Source of the DNA: a virus
Taxonomy: Duplodnaviria; Caudoviricetes
DNA: 62,756 nt
Strand: one strand, 5' to 3'
IMG/VR virus record: IMGVR_UViG_3300034105_003214
Coordinates: 1 to 62,756 of that record
The notes beneath the pieces were generated by a model. The model had not been told where the DNA came from. It did not search any database and saw only the letters and a list, made by a program, of their open reading frames with translations. This document shows positions 10,593 to 20,304 of the stretch, piece by piece. A program made the position numbers and the translations under genes. Each line of letters starts with the position of its first letter. Position 1 is the stretch's first letter.

Positions 10593-12930
10593 TACAATAC
10601 CACCGTATTCTAAAGTAAAAGTAGAATGGTTGGATAGGTCAGAAAACTACAGTAGAGCTAATCAGACAAGAGTTATCAATCACTTTGCGAATAAGTATGG
10701 TATACCAAAAACAAACATTAGTGTTACATTTAAAGCGGTAAAAAAGAATGCCAATGGTGATATGATTGAAGTATCTGGTGCAGGTATAGAAAATATTATG
10801 GATGTCAATTATCAAAGAGCCCTTATGAAGGAAGTTATTGATAGAGATGGCAAAGTAGTAGATTTTAGTCGTATATTAGCATTGGATGATAAGGTTAATA
10901 GTGAATTAAATATTGATTTAAATGAATCACAACATCGTTCATGGTCAATCAAATGGGTTATGGTAGATAATTTTTTATCATTTGGTGAAAATAATTATGC
11001 CCCATTCAGTAAATTGAGAGGGTTAACAATCGTAAACTCAATCCCAGCAAACCAGGGTGGAAAAACGACCCTTACGATTGATGCTATTAAATTTTTGTTA
11101 CATGGTACAACAACCAAAACAGATAGAAATGAAGAAGTCTTCAATTTATACAGTGATAGAAACGAATTGACTGTACGTGGAATGATTGATATTGAAGGTG
11201 AGGAAACTATCATTGAACGTAAAATGAAACGTTCAGCTAAAAAAGGTGGTGGGTGGACTGTTACTAACAAGTTAAATTATTATAAGCTACTTCCAGATGA
11301 TACTGAAGAATTGCAGAATGAAGAAGATGCTAAACAAACAACTAAAAAACTTAGAGAAACAATAGGTACAGAGAAAGATTTCGAAATGCTTGTATTAGCT
11401 ACTGAGAAAAACTTAGATGATTTAATAGGGTTAACTACTACGGAGTCTGGTAAGGTACTAACTAGACTTATAGGTCTAGAGATACTAGAACTTAAAGAAG
11501 CTGCCGTTAGAGGTATGTATAATGAGTTTGCTAAGAAAAAGAAATCAAATAATTATGATGTAATAACTTTGGGTGAAGAAATTGCTGACCATAAAGAAAA
11601 AATTGTATTAAATACTGAATTAAAAGGTACATTAGAAAAAATACTTGGTGATGCTATTAAAGAAATGGCTGACCTTAGTGTTGAAAATGATAGATTACTT
11701 AACAGTAAAGAAAATGTTGATGTTACTATCTTTGAATTAAACCCATCTAAATTAGAAGGTGATATTGTTGATTTAAAAACTAAAGGTATTGCGTTAAAAG
11801 AAAAAAAAGAGGGTATAGAAGCTAAAATAGCTAATATCGGTGAAGTAGATTTTGATGAGGATAAACATTATGTTTTAACCAAAGATTTGAATCAAAAAAC
11901 AACTGATAAAGCTATCAAAGAAAGTGAAATTAATAGGGTTAAAAAAGTTATTAGTGGTTTAATAGCTGGTGGAATATGTCAATCCTGTAATAGAAAATTA
12001 GATGATGTGGATAACTCAGAACACATAGCAAAACATGAATTAGGCGTAGAAAAACTGAATGATGAGATATTTATAATAGATGCTAATCTTAAAACTATAG
12101 GTAATGAAATAGATGCTTTAAATAAAATTAAAGTTTTGGTTGATGAAAAAAATAGACTTGAATTAGATAAAGATAGGGCCGAAGTTGAAATTGGTTCTTT
12201 AAGAAATAGTTTTGCTTCAAAGACAAATGATTTGAAAAAATACAATTTAAATCTAGAAGCGATTGAATTAAATCGAAAAATTGATTCTGAAGTTGCTAAG
12301 GTGAAAACAGATATTAAAGTTGCTGAAGTTACAAAAACAGAAACTATGAGTAAAATAGGTAGAGTTACTTCTGATATTGAATCAAATGCTAGCAATATTG
12401 ACGTTAAAGAAAAATTAATAGAAGCTATAAAAAAAGAAGAAGAAGTTGATAAAATTTATAAAATCTATATTGATTTAGTTGGTAAAAAAGGTATTAGTAA
12501 ATTAGTTTTGCGTTCCGTGTTACCAATAATAAATTCTGAAGTTCAAAGACTTTTAGAAGATGTTTGCGACTTTGATGTTGAAATATACATGGATGATAAA
12601 AATGAAGTTCAATTCCTAATGATAAAAGATGATACAACTAAACGTTTGAAAGCTGGTAGTGGTTTTGAAAAAACAGCAGCTAGTCTTGCATTAAGATGCG
12701 TATTAGGTAAAATGTCGACATTACCTATGCCTAATTTTATCACTTTTGATGAAGTATTAGGCAAAGTGGCACCAGATAACTTAGAGAAGCTTAAAATACT
12801 ATTTGATAAGATTAAAGACATGTATGAGATAGTATTTTTCATAACACACAATGACTTGGTAAAGGATTGGTCGGATAACATCCTGACTGTCACTAAAACA
12901 GATAATGTGTCAAAAATAACGATAAAATAG
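10582..12930 (+). CDS. sbcC: SbcC/Rad50 SMC-like ATPase
   Basis: NFLSFG, NQGGKTT, coiled coil with CQSC hook, GSGFE signature, FITFDEV, ITH. Confidence 0.9.
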   Translation: MANNTIPPYSKVKVEWLDRSENYSRANQTRVINHFANKYGIPKTNISVTFKAVKKNANGDMIEVSGAGIENIMDVNYQRALMKEVIDRDGKVVDFSRILALDDKVNSELNIDLNESQHRSWSIKWVMVDNFLSFGENNYAPFSKLRGLTIVNSIPANQGGKTTLTIDAIKFLLHGTTTKTDRNEEVFNLYSDRNELTVRGMIDIEGEETIIERKMKRSAKKGGGWTVTNKLNYYKLLPDDTEELQNEEDAKQTTKKLRETIGTEKDFEMLVLATEKNLDDLIGLTTTESGKVLTRLIGLEILELKEAAVRGMYNEFAKKKKSNNYDVITLGEEIADHKEKIVLNTELKGTLEKILGDAIKEMADLSVENDRLLNSKENVDVTIFELNPSKLEGDIVDLKTKGIALKEKKEGIEAKIANIGEVDFDEDKHYVLTKDLNQKTTDKAIKESEINRVKKVISGLIAGGICQSCNRKLDDVDNSEHIAKHELGVEKLNDEIFIIDANLKTIGNEIDALNKIKVLVDEKNRLELDKDRAEVEIGSLRNSFASKTNDLKKYNLNLEAIELNRKIDSEVAKVKTDIKVAEVTKTETMSKIGRVTSDIESNASNIDVKEKLIEAIKKEEEVDKIYKIYIDLVGKKGISKLVLRSVLPIINSEVQRLLEDVCDFDVEIYMDDKNEVQFLMIKDDTTKRLKAGSGFEKTAASLALRCVLGKMSTLPMPNFITFDEVLGKVAPDNLEKLKILFDKIKDMYEIVFFITHNDLVKDWSDNILTVTKTDNVSKITIK

Positions 12931-12983
12931 TTTGGTGAGTCCAAAACTTTATCGTATATTTGTTAAAATAAAAAAATAAAGAT

Positions 12984-13475
12984 ATGAAGTTTAGAAACTA
13001 TTGTGTAGTTATTATGGGTGAAACTAAAAATGCGTTACCTGAAATTGAAAAAATAAGTAAATCTAAAGTAAATGTTTTAGATGCAAAAGGTATCTTAATA
13101 GCTACCTTTTCATCTAATTTTGAGCCATGTGAATTAACTGATTGGTTTAAAGATAATAATAGAAGTTTTCTAGTATTTGATTTGAACACTGAAAATTCTG
13201 GTTTTAATGTAACAAAAACTGATGTTCATGAAGGGTTATTTTCATTTTTAAATGAAATTAATTTAGAAGAAAAAGCTAGAGATTTGTTAGATACGATAGA
13301 AGATGCTAAAACAATCAGTAAAATGAAAAGTCATCAACCTAAAGAATTAACAATTGAAGATGTTATGAAATTAACATTGAGTGAAAAAAAAGAAATGTTC
13401 GATAAAATCCTTGATAAAGGAGCTAATAATTTTACCGAAAATGATAAAAAAATTATGTCATTTTTAGCAAAATAA
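12984..13475 (+). CDS. Hypothetical protein
   Basis: ORF after a TAnnTTTG box. Confidence 0.6.
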   Translation: MKFRNYCVVIMGETKNALPEIEKISKSKVNVLDAKGILIATFSSNFEPCELTDWFKDNNRSFLVFDLNTENSGFNVTKTDVHEGLFSFLNEINLEEKARDLLDTIEDAKTISKMKSHQPKELTIEDVMKLTLSEKKEMFDKILDKGANNFTENDKKIMSFLAK

Positions 13476-13560
13476 TTGGAAAAACACTTGACTTTTAGTG
13501 TTTTTGTCGTATATTTAACAGTATTAACATAACGAAAAAAAGATAAATATGAAGAAATAA

Positions 13561-14394
13561 ATGAGTCGTAAATATGTAAATTTTGATGTTGAAGATAACA
13601 TTGGAAAATATTTTAAAGATGTAAGAAAATCAATAATATTAACTCCTAGTGAGGAAATTAGATTAGCAGAAAGAATAAAAGAAGGTGATGACAAAGCAGT
13701 TGAATTGTTGGTAAATGCAAACCTTAAATTCGTAATATCAGTTGCGAAAGAATATCAAAATCAAGGATTACCTTTATCAGATTTAATTAGTGAAGGTAAT
13801 TATGGTCTTGTTAAAGCAGCAAAAAGATTTGACCATGAAAAAGGTTTTAGATTCATTTCCTATGCTGTTTGGTGGATTAGACAATCAATATTACAAAGTT
13901 TAAATGATAATGCTAGAATGGTAAGATTACCTGCTAATATAATTAACAAAATAACATATTTAAATAAAGAAATTTCTAAATTTGAATTTATTAATGAAAG
14001 AGAACCAGTTTATGGTGAAATTTTTGATAAAGATAAAGAGGTTATGGATTTGATTTATTATCCAAAATGTTTATCTTTAAATGAAACGATAAATGAAGAT
14101 GGTGATGAATTAATTGAATTAATTCCTAATAATGAAGATGAAGTAGAAAATAAAACAGAAATTGATTTTAAAGTTAAAAACGAACTTCAAAAAACACTTA
14201 GTATATTAGATGATAGAGAAAAAGAAATAATTGAAAATTATTTTGGTATAAATACTGAATCAGAACCAATGACGTTAGAAGCTATTGGTGAAAAATATGA
14301 TTTAACTAAAGAAAGAATACGCCAAATAAAAAATAAAGCATTGATGAAGTTACGTTATAATTCAAATGGGTTATATAGTTTAATGAACGAATAA
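13561..14394 (+). CDS. RNA polymerase sigma factor, sigma-70 family (RpoD/RpoH-like)
   Basis: LVNANLKFVISVAK, DLISEGNYGL, GFRFISYAVWWIRQ, TLEAIG...TKERIRQI. Confidence 0.93.
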   Translation: MSRKYVNFDVEDNIGKYFKDVRKSIILTPSEEIRLAERIKEGDDKAVELLVNANLKFVISVAKEYQNQGLPLSDLISEGNYGLVKAAKRFDHEKGFRFISYAVWWIRQSILQSLNDNARMVRLPANIINKITYLNKEISKFEFINEREPVYGEIFDKDKEVMDLIYYPKCLSLNETINEDGDELIELIPNNEDEVENKTEIDFKVKNELQKTLSILDDREKEIIENYFGINTESEPMTLEAIGEKYDLTKERIRQIKNKALMKLRYNSNGLYSLMNE

Positions 14395-14418
14395 AAGATG
14401 GGCTTTATGCCCATCTTT
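14394..14418 (+). terminator. Intrinsic terminator hairpin
   Basis: AAAGATGGGC-TTTAT-GCCCATCTTT. Confidence 0.6.
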
Positions 14419-14440
14419 GTTTTATATGATATTTATAAAT

Positions 14441-15640
14441 ATGAAAATAAAATTTAGATATATAATGTTAATGATGGCCCTAGCTATTGCTGGTTGTGCT
14501 GCCGTTTTCTCAATTTTTGGTCTTAGTCAATTATTTGCTGGTGCTAGTTTTGCTGTAATTATCATGGCATCAGTTTTAGAAATAGGTAAACTAGTTGTTA
14601 CAACAGCTTTGCACACATATTGGGATAAATTTTCAAAACTATTAAGAAGTTACTTAACAATAAGTGTTGTTATTCTTATGTTAATCACATCTGCTGGTAT
14701 TTATGGGTTTCTTTCAAATGCTTATCAAAAAACGGCAAATAAACTTGAGATTCATGAAGGTGAATTAGGTGTTTTAGATGGTAAGAAAAATATTTTTCAA
14801 AAGAATATTGATGATAACCAAAAAATAATTGATACTAAAAATAAACGTTTAGACCAATTATCTGGTCTTAGAACATCACAAGAAAGTAGAATAGATGGTT
14901 CTAAATCCAATAGAGATAAAAATTCAGTAAGGGGCGACATTGCATCAGCAAATACTGAAATACAAAAACTTTCAAGTGAAATTGATGTTTTAAATAATAA
15001 AAATACTATCTTATCAGATTCAATTGGAAAATATAATGTAAAAGCTCTAGAAATGAAATCAAGTAGTGATGTTGCTGGAGAAGTTGGGCCACTAAAATAC
15101 ATAGCAGAACTTACAGGAATACCAATGGCTAAAGTTGTTAACTATTTAATACTTTTATTAATATTTGTATTTGACCCTCTAGCTATATCACTAGTATTAG
15201 CAACAAATAAAGCTTTTGATTTAGCTGGCGAAAACACACCATTAGAACCTAAAAAAGATTCAACTAAAGAAGTGTTAGAAGAAATATTAGAAGAGTTAAA
15301 ACATGAACACGAACATGATGCTGTAAATGATGCTGTAAATGATGCTGTAAATGAGGGAGTAAGTGAGGGAGTAAGTGAGGGAGTAAACCCTGAAATTGTA
15401 GAGTTACCAATAGTTGAAGAGGTTTCAATTCCAGAACAAACAATTGAAATGCCAACAAATAATCCAATGATGTCATCAAGTAAAATAGCCTTAGAAGATA
15501 TCAAAGAAATCAAAGAAGGTCAAAGAGGTTATTCCGTAAATGTACCACAACCTAAAAGTAACAATACCGTTGAAAGAATTGGTAGTAACAAGTTAATTAA
15601 AGATGGGAATAACAGTAAATTTTTTTTTAAACGTGGATAA
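14441..15640 (+). CDS. Membrane protein with coiled coil
   Basis: Three N-terminal TM segments, TSAGIYGFLS, GEVGPLKYIAE, IFVFDPLA. Confidence 0.7.
   Translation: MKIKFRYIMLMMALAIAGCAAVFSIFGLSQLFAGASFAVIIMASVLEIGKLVVTTALHTYWDKFSKLLRSYLTISVVILMLITSAGIYGFLSNAYQKTANKLEIHEGELGVLDGKKNIFQKNIDDNQKIIDTKNKRLDQLSGLRTSQESRIDGSKSNRDKNSVRGDIASANTEIQKLSSEIDVLNNKNTILSDSIGKYNVKALEMKSSSDVAGEVGPLKYIAELTGIPMAKVVNYLILLLIFVFDPLAISLVLATNKAFDLAGENTPLEPKKDSTKEVLEEILEELKHEHEHDAVNDAVNDAVNEGVSEGVSEGVNPEIVELPIVEEVSIPEQTIEMPTNNPMMSSSKIALEDIKEIKEGQRGYSVNVPQPKSNNTVERIGSNKLIKDGNNSKFFFKRG
15315..15386 (+). repeat. In-frame 12-bp tandem repeat, six units
   Basis: (ATGATGCTGTAA)x3 then (RTGAGGGAGTAA)x3, encoding DAVN/EGVS repeats. 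Confidence 0.9.
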
Positions 15641-16245
15641 TGAAAATTGAAGAATCTTACATATTATCAAATGATAATTACGTTAATATCGAAAGTATTA
15701 AGAAGCAAATAGTTATAGGTAATACGAATAATAATAACATGAAACATTATATTGGTTGGGTCAATAGATATAATGGTAAATATAAAAAAACTGCGGCATT
15801 CACTATTGGTTTAGATGGGATAATTTATAAACACTTCGACCCTAAATATCAATCAGAATATTTCAAAGATTTAGACCAAAATAATAAAAGTATTATTATT
15901 TTGTTAGAAAATGATGGTTGGTTAATAAAAGATATAGAAAAAAATAGTTTTATTTCATGGTTAGGTTATATTTATAAAGAAGAAGAAGTATTTGAAAAAA
16001 AATGGCGAAACCATAATTTTTGGGTTCAATATACAAAAGAACAAATAGATTCAACAATTAATTTAGTTAAAGAATTGTGTAATGAATTTTATATTCCTTT
16101 AACTGCGATGACACATAATGTTAAAGTAAATGATTTGAAAGATTATAGTGGTATATTATATAAAAGTAATATTGAAATGTATTATAAAGATTTATCACCA
16201 GCATTTAATTTTGACTACTTTATAAATAATATAGAAATAAAATAA
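15640..16245 (+). CDS. N-acetylmuramoyl-L-alanine amidase-like protein, possibly degenerate
   Basis: AAFTIGLDGIIY, SIIILLEN, YTKEQIDS, MTHN, DLSPAF; first Zn-ligand His position reads IVIGNT. Confidence 0.5.
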   Translation: MKIEESYILSNDNYVNIESIKKQIVIGNTNNNNMKHYIGWVNRYNGKYKKTAAFTIGLDGIIYKHFDPKYQSEYFKDLDQNNKSIIILLENDGWLIKDIEKNSFISWLGYIYKEEEVFEKKWRNHNFWVQYTKEQIDSTINLVKELCNEFYIPLTAMTHNVKVNDLKDYSGILYKSNIEMYYKDLSPAFNFDYFINNIEIK

Positions 16246-16250
16246 AAACG

Positions 16251-16781
16251 ATGAAAGAATCAATTAATGAACATGATATGACTAAAAAAATGATGAGTAT
16301 CATGAGAGGTGGTTATAAACCATTACTTAAAGAAGAAGAAGAAGAAAGAGAAATTGACTCCCAACCCCAAGGTTTAGCTAAACCACCACGTGAAGGTCGT
16401 GCATCATTAATACAATTAGATAATTCTTATTTTGAAATGGATAAAAACGACCAACGTTTTAAAGCTTTACAAAATAAATTAACAGAAATAGTATCACAAG
16501 CAAAAATTACTAGTGTTTATATTTCTGACCCAAATGGATTAGTAATAAATGGTGTTGCGTTAGATTTTAGTGAAAATTCTGGATTATATTTTACTTTAGC
16601 ACGTTCTGAACCTAATATCTTAGTTAGTAGTGAAAATGTTCAAGGTAATTTAAATATAGAAGTTCAAGAAAATCTACAAAAATTCTGGGATGCTATGTTA
16701 GCCGATACTATGGGTACAGCTGAATTTTTATATAATGAAAGAGATGATAAAGAAGCAAAAGAAGCAAATCAAGCAGGTTAA
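16251..16781 (+). CDS. Hypothetical protein
   Basis: ORF; INE/LKE motifs at N-terminus. Confidence 0.6.
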   Translation: MKESINEHDMTKKMMSIMRGGYKPLLKEEEEEREIDSQPQGLAKPPREGRASLIQLDNSYFEMDKNDQRFKALQNKLTEIVSQAKITSVYISDPNGLVINGVALDFSENSGLYFTLARSEPNILVSSENVQGNLNIEVQENLQKFWDAMLADTMGTAEFLYNERDDKEAKEANQAG

Positions 16782-16791
16782 AAATTTAAAT

Positions 16792-17211
16792 ATGAAAACA
16801 ACATTTATAAAACTATATCAATTGATGAAAACACAAACAAATAAGATTAATTTTTTAGATATGAAAACAATACTTATATTCATACTTGGAATTATAGTTA
16901 TTGGTTTGCTTTTATTTGGTAATAATACTATTGATAAACACGCAACTGAAATAAAAAATTTGAATATTGAAAATGCTTCATTATTATCTAAAAATGAAGG
17001 GTTAAAAAACGAAAATGTTAAATTGGATGCTATTTTAAATCAAATTGATTCAAAATTAAATAAAAATAATAAAGAAACAAATGCTGTATTATCAGCTTTG
17101 GATAAATTAAAAAATAAGAAAAATGAAATACCTAATTACGTTAATTCTTTGTCTGCTAATGGGACATCAAATGCAATCACAAAATATCTCGAAGATAGAA
17201 CCAAGGGTTAA
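16792..17211 (+). CDS. TM-anchored coiled-coil protein, spanin-like
   Basis: One TM helix then coiled coil; overlaps next gene; start could also be 16861. Confidence 0.45.
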   Translation: MKTTFIKLYQLMKTQTNKINFLDMKTILIFILGIIVIGLLLFGNNTIDKHATEIKNLNIENASLLSKNEGLKNENVKLDAILNQIDSKLNKNNKETNAVLSALDKLKNKKNEIPNYVNSLSANGTSNAITKYLEDRTKG

Positions 17212-17587
17212 ACCAGTATTAACTTCTAAAGGAGATACACTAATACAGTTAAGATTATCTGATGCTAAAAGTATGTTAAAAGATGTTTTAGAAAAAAAAG
17301 TTTGCGATAGCACTGTAGCTGAATATATTCAACTAGATAATCTTAGAAGTGGTACAATAGCATTACAAAAATATAAAATATCAACATTAGAATCTAAAAT
17401 TAATAATTATGATACTATGTTAGTAAATTCAGAAAAAATAGTTAAAAATAAAAATAATGAAATTGATTTGCTTAATGGTATTATAAAAAAACAAAATAGA
17501 GAAATATTTAAACAAAAATTCTTTAAAATTATGGGGTTTGGTGTAGCTATATTGATACCAGTTACATTTTTATTACTTCACAAATAA
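17123..17587 (+). CDS. Secreted coiled-coil protein with C-terminal TM, spanin-like partner
   Basis: Signal-like N-terminus, coiled coil, hydrophobic C-terminus; 89-nt overlap with upstream gene. Confidence 0.45.
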   Translation: MKYLITLILCLLMGHQMQSQNISKIEPRVKPVLTSKGDTLIQLRLSDAKSMLKDVLEKKVCDSTVAEYIQLDNLRSGTIALQKYKISTLESKINNYDTMLVNSEKIVKNKNNEIDLLNGIIKKQNREIFKQKFFKIMGFGVAILIPVTFLLLHK

Positions 17588-17667
17588 TGAAATAGAAATA
17601 TTATCAAAATAAAGCCCTTATTGGGTTTTTTTTGTTTTCTATAATATATTTATAATAAAATAAAAAG

Positions 17668-20253
17668 ATGAAAAAACTTAAAATAACAAAAGAACAATAT
17701 AATATACTAATTAAAGCTGGTTTGATTAAAGAATCTAGCATTAAAGGTGGTATTGATAGAGTACAAAAGTCATTTAATCAAGCATTTGCTGGTAAAGATA
17801 TTAAATCAGTAACTGAAGATGAAAATTTTAATATTAAAGCACCTAATACTGATTTACCTAGAGCACAACAAAAACCACTAGGAGCAAAACATAATATAGA
17901 CGAAGCTAAAAAAGGTGGTACTGATAAAATTAGTACAGAAATAAAAGATTTGTTAAAACATCTATATGGTTATACACCTGAATTTAATTCGGATTATTGG
18001 GTTGGAGAAAAAGGTAAATCATCCGAAGAAATATGTGAGTATTTAACTAGTAAAGGACATATTGTTAAAAAAGGGCGTAATTATATCGTACCTAAAAGTA
18101 TTGGTACCAAAGAAGAAGCTAAAGCTGCTATTGAAGAGACTATGAGAGAATTTGTTGGTGAACCAATGGAAGAAATAGAAGAAGAATTAGATACATACGA
18201 TACACATAGTCCTGATAACCCATCAAATCAAGAAGACCCAGAACCTATTGAAAACAATACAGATTACGATGTTTTTGTATATAATGATGGTATTGCAATA
18301 CTTAACCAAGGCACTGAATTTTTCTTGTTAGATTTTTTTGATAATGGTGTTGATTATGAAGGTCGTGAAATGACTGAAGATGATATTAATTTCTTTCTTA
18401 ATAAGAAAGAACGTGAATTACCTAAAATTCTTATCCCTTTAAATATTGAGTTGATTGATGAGTTAGGTGAAATCTATCCCTTAAATCCATTTTTCATGAA
18501 AAAACTTGAACAAGTTAAAACTATCATGTCTGGTTTAAGTGAAGGACTAGAAGATTTTAGCAATGAATATCCTGAAAGAACTCCTGAAGATATGGAAAGT
18601 CTTCAAAAAAAAATACAAGCTCGTAGAGCTAAAGAATTAGCATCTAGAGAACCAATGGGTTCTAAACATCCACATGGTGAATGGAATGACCCTAAACAAA
18701 CAGAATTAGATTTAGATGAAATGACTAGTGCTGCTGGTGGTTCATCTGGTGCTTTTACAGCTCCAATGGGTACAACACCAATTAAAAGAAAAATCGAAAC
18801 TGTTTATGAATCGACTATTGCTAGTACTGGTAATTTTCAATATGACACACCAGGACTTGCCAACATAGGTAGAAATGGTGAATTTAAAGAACCTAAAAAA
18901 AAAACTAAAGCACAAGCCAAAACTCAATGGTCTGGTGGTGCCTTTGTTGAATTAGATGATTGTACAAAATTAAATAACAATAAAAAAGCTCAAAACGGTG
19001 GTTGTAGTACAGGTGCTGTTGATAATGTTGTAAAACTTAAAAAAACTAGTGGTAACATAAATGCACCTTCATTAAACGAAGGGTTAATGCGTGAAGCATT
19101 AAAATTACAACATGATAAAAATCAAGGTAAACTTATTGTATTATCAGATTTAGAAGGTAGAGCTGCTAGTCAAGAAACATTTCACAATAAAGCTGTTTTA
19201 AAACAAAATGGTTTTAATTGGAATGGTACAAATTGGGTTATTGATGCTGATAAATTAGAAATTGCAAAAAAAACACTTACATTAATAAATAAAGCAGAGT
19301 ATATTATAGGTGAATTAGAAGACCTAGAAGATGCGGTAGAAGGTTCAACAGCTGATAATAAAGAATTATTAAAAGCTAGAATTGAACAATATATTATGGA
19401 TTTAGCTAATGCAACTGATGAAGCTGCTTTATCAGCAGAAATTAGAAGATATTTAACTTTCTTTTCTAAATTCCACAGTTATAGTTTCTATAATAGAATG
19501 CTTATTTTCATTCAAAGACCAGACGCAACAAAAGTTGGTTCATTTAAATTATGGGAATCTAAATTTAGAAGAGTCAAAAAAGGTGCTAAAGCAATCAAAG
19601 TATTGGCACCAGCTGGTAAACCAGAAATGACTCAATACGATGACGAAACAACCGCATTAGTGGGTCAAATGGGTATGACAAATAGACCTCAAATAACTAG
19701 ATTTAGAGCGGTTAATGTTTTTGACATTAGCGATACAGAGCCTATTGATGAAAGAGGTGATGTTCCAGATTCACCACAATGGTGGGGTGATAACACACCA
19801 TCAGAAACTGCAGATATATTATTTGGTGCTGTATCTGAAGTAGCTACTGATTTAGGTATTAGAGTAACTCAAAGCGATGCACAAGGTGGAGAAAAAGGTT
19901 ATAGTGCTGGTGACCATATTAATATATCATCAGATGTATCAGGTGCAGCTAGATTATCAACTACTATTCACGAGATTGCTCACGAACTAATGCACTGGAA
20001 AAAATCTTCTATATATTTTATCGATAATGGTGAAGGTAAAGAAAAAAATCAATTACAAGAATTACAAGCTGAAAGTGTTTCTTACGTTGTGTTGAAGCAT
20101 TATGGTATTCCAGTAGCTCACCATGCAACATATTTAGTTTTATGGAAAGCAAACAAAGAAAGAATACAAAATAACTTAGAAATCATTTCTAAGGTATCTC
20201 AATTTATTATTGACAAAATAGATAAACAAGTTAGTAGTACAGAAAAACAATAA
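17668..20253 (+). CDS. Large multidomain protein with C-terminal ArdC-like ssDNA-binding and zincin metallopeptidase-like domains
   Basis: FHSYSFYNRMLIFIQRPDATKVGSFKLW...VFDISDT; HEIAHELMH...ELQAESVSY. Confidence 0.75.
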   Translation: MKKLKITKEQYNILIKAGLIKESSIKGGIDRVQKSFNQAFAGKDIKSVTEDENFNIKAPNTDLPRAQQKPLGAKHNIDEAKKGGTDKISTEIKDLLKHLYGYTPEFNSDYWVGEKGKSSEEICEYLTSKGHIVKKGRNYIVPKSIGTKEEAKAAIEETMREFVGEPMEEIEEELDTYDTHSPDNPSNQEDPEPIENNTDYDVFVYNDGIAILNQGTEFFLLDFFDNGVDYEGREMTEDDINFFLNKKERELPKILIPLNIELIDELGEIYPLNPFFMKKLEQVKTIMSGLSEGLEDFSNEYPERTPEDMESLQKKIQARRAKELASREPMGSKHPHGEWNDPKQTELDLDEMTSAAGGSSGAFTAPMGTTPIKRKIETVYESTIASTGNFQYDTPGLANIGRNGEFKEPKKKTKAQAKTQWSGGAFVELDDCTKLNNNKKAQNGGCSTGAVDNVVKLKKTSGNINAPSLNEGLMREALKLQHDKNQGKLIVLSDLEGRAASQETFHNKAVLKQNGFNWNGTNWVIDADKLEIAKKTLTLINKAEYIIGELEDLEDAVEGSTADNKELLKARIEQYIMDLANATDEAALSAEIRRYLTFFSKFHSYSFYNRMLIFIQRPDATKVGSFKLWESKFRRVKKGAKAIKVLAPAGKPEMTQYDDETTALVGQMGMTNRPQITRFRAVNVFDISDTEPIDERGDVPDSPQWWGDNTPSETADILFGAVSEVATDLGIRVTQSDAQGGEKGYSAGDHINISSDVSGAARLSTTIHEIAHELMHWKKSSIYFIDNGEGKEKNQLQELQAESVSYVVLKHYGIPVAHHATYLVLWKANKERIQNNLEIISKVSQFIIDKIDKQVSSTEKQ

Positions 20254-20279
20254 TAGTTATAACTTTATTAAAAAGTTAG

Positions 20280-20289
20280 ATATTTATAA
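20280..20289 (+). promoter_or_regulatory. Putative phage-sigma (late) promoter motif ATATTTAT (representative copy)
   Basis: ATATTTATA here and near 8867, 14429, 17646, 22168, 36816, 40218, 41489, 42050, 44273, 45110; on the minus strand near 4902, 49415, 58761, 60239, 60732. Confidence 0.55.
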
Positions 20290-20304
20290 TAAAACCAATT
20301 AAAG

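Noticed and set aside
15315-15386. 12-bp tandem repeat as a regulatory array
   Set aside because: In-frame low-complexity linker within a coding region.
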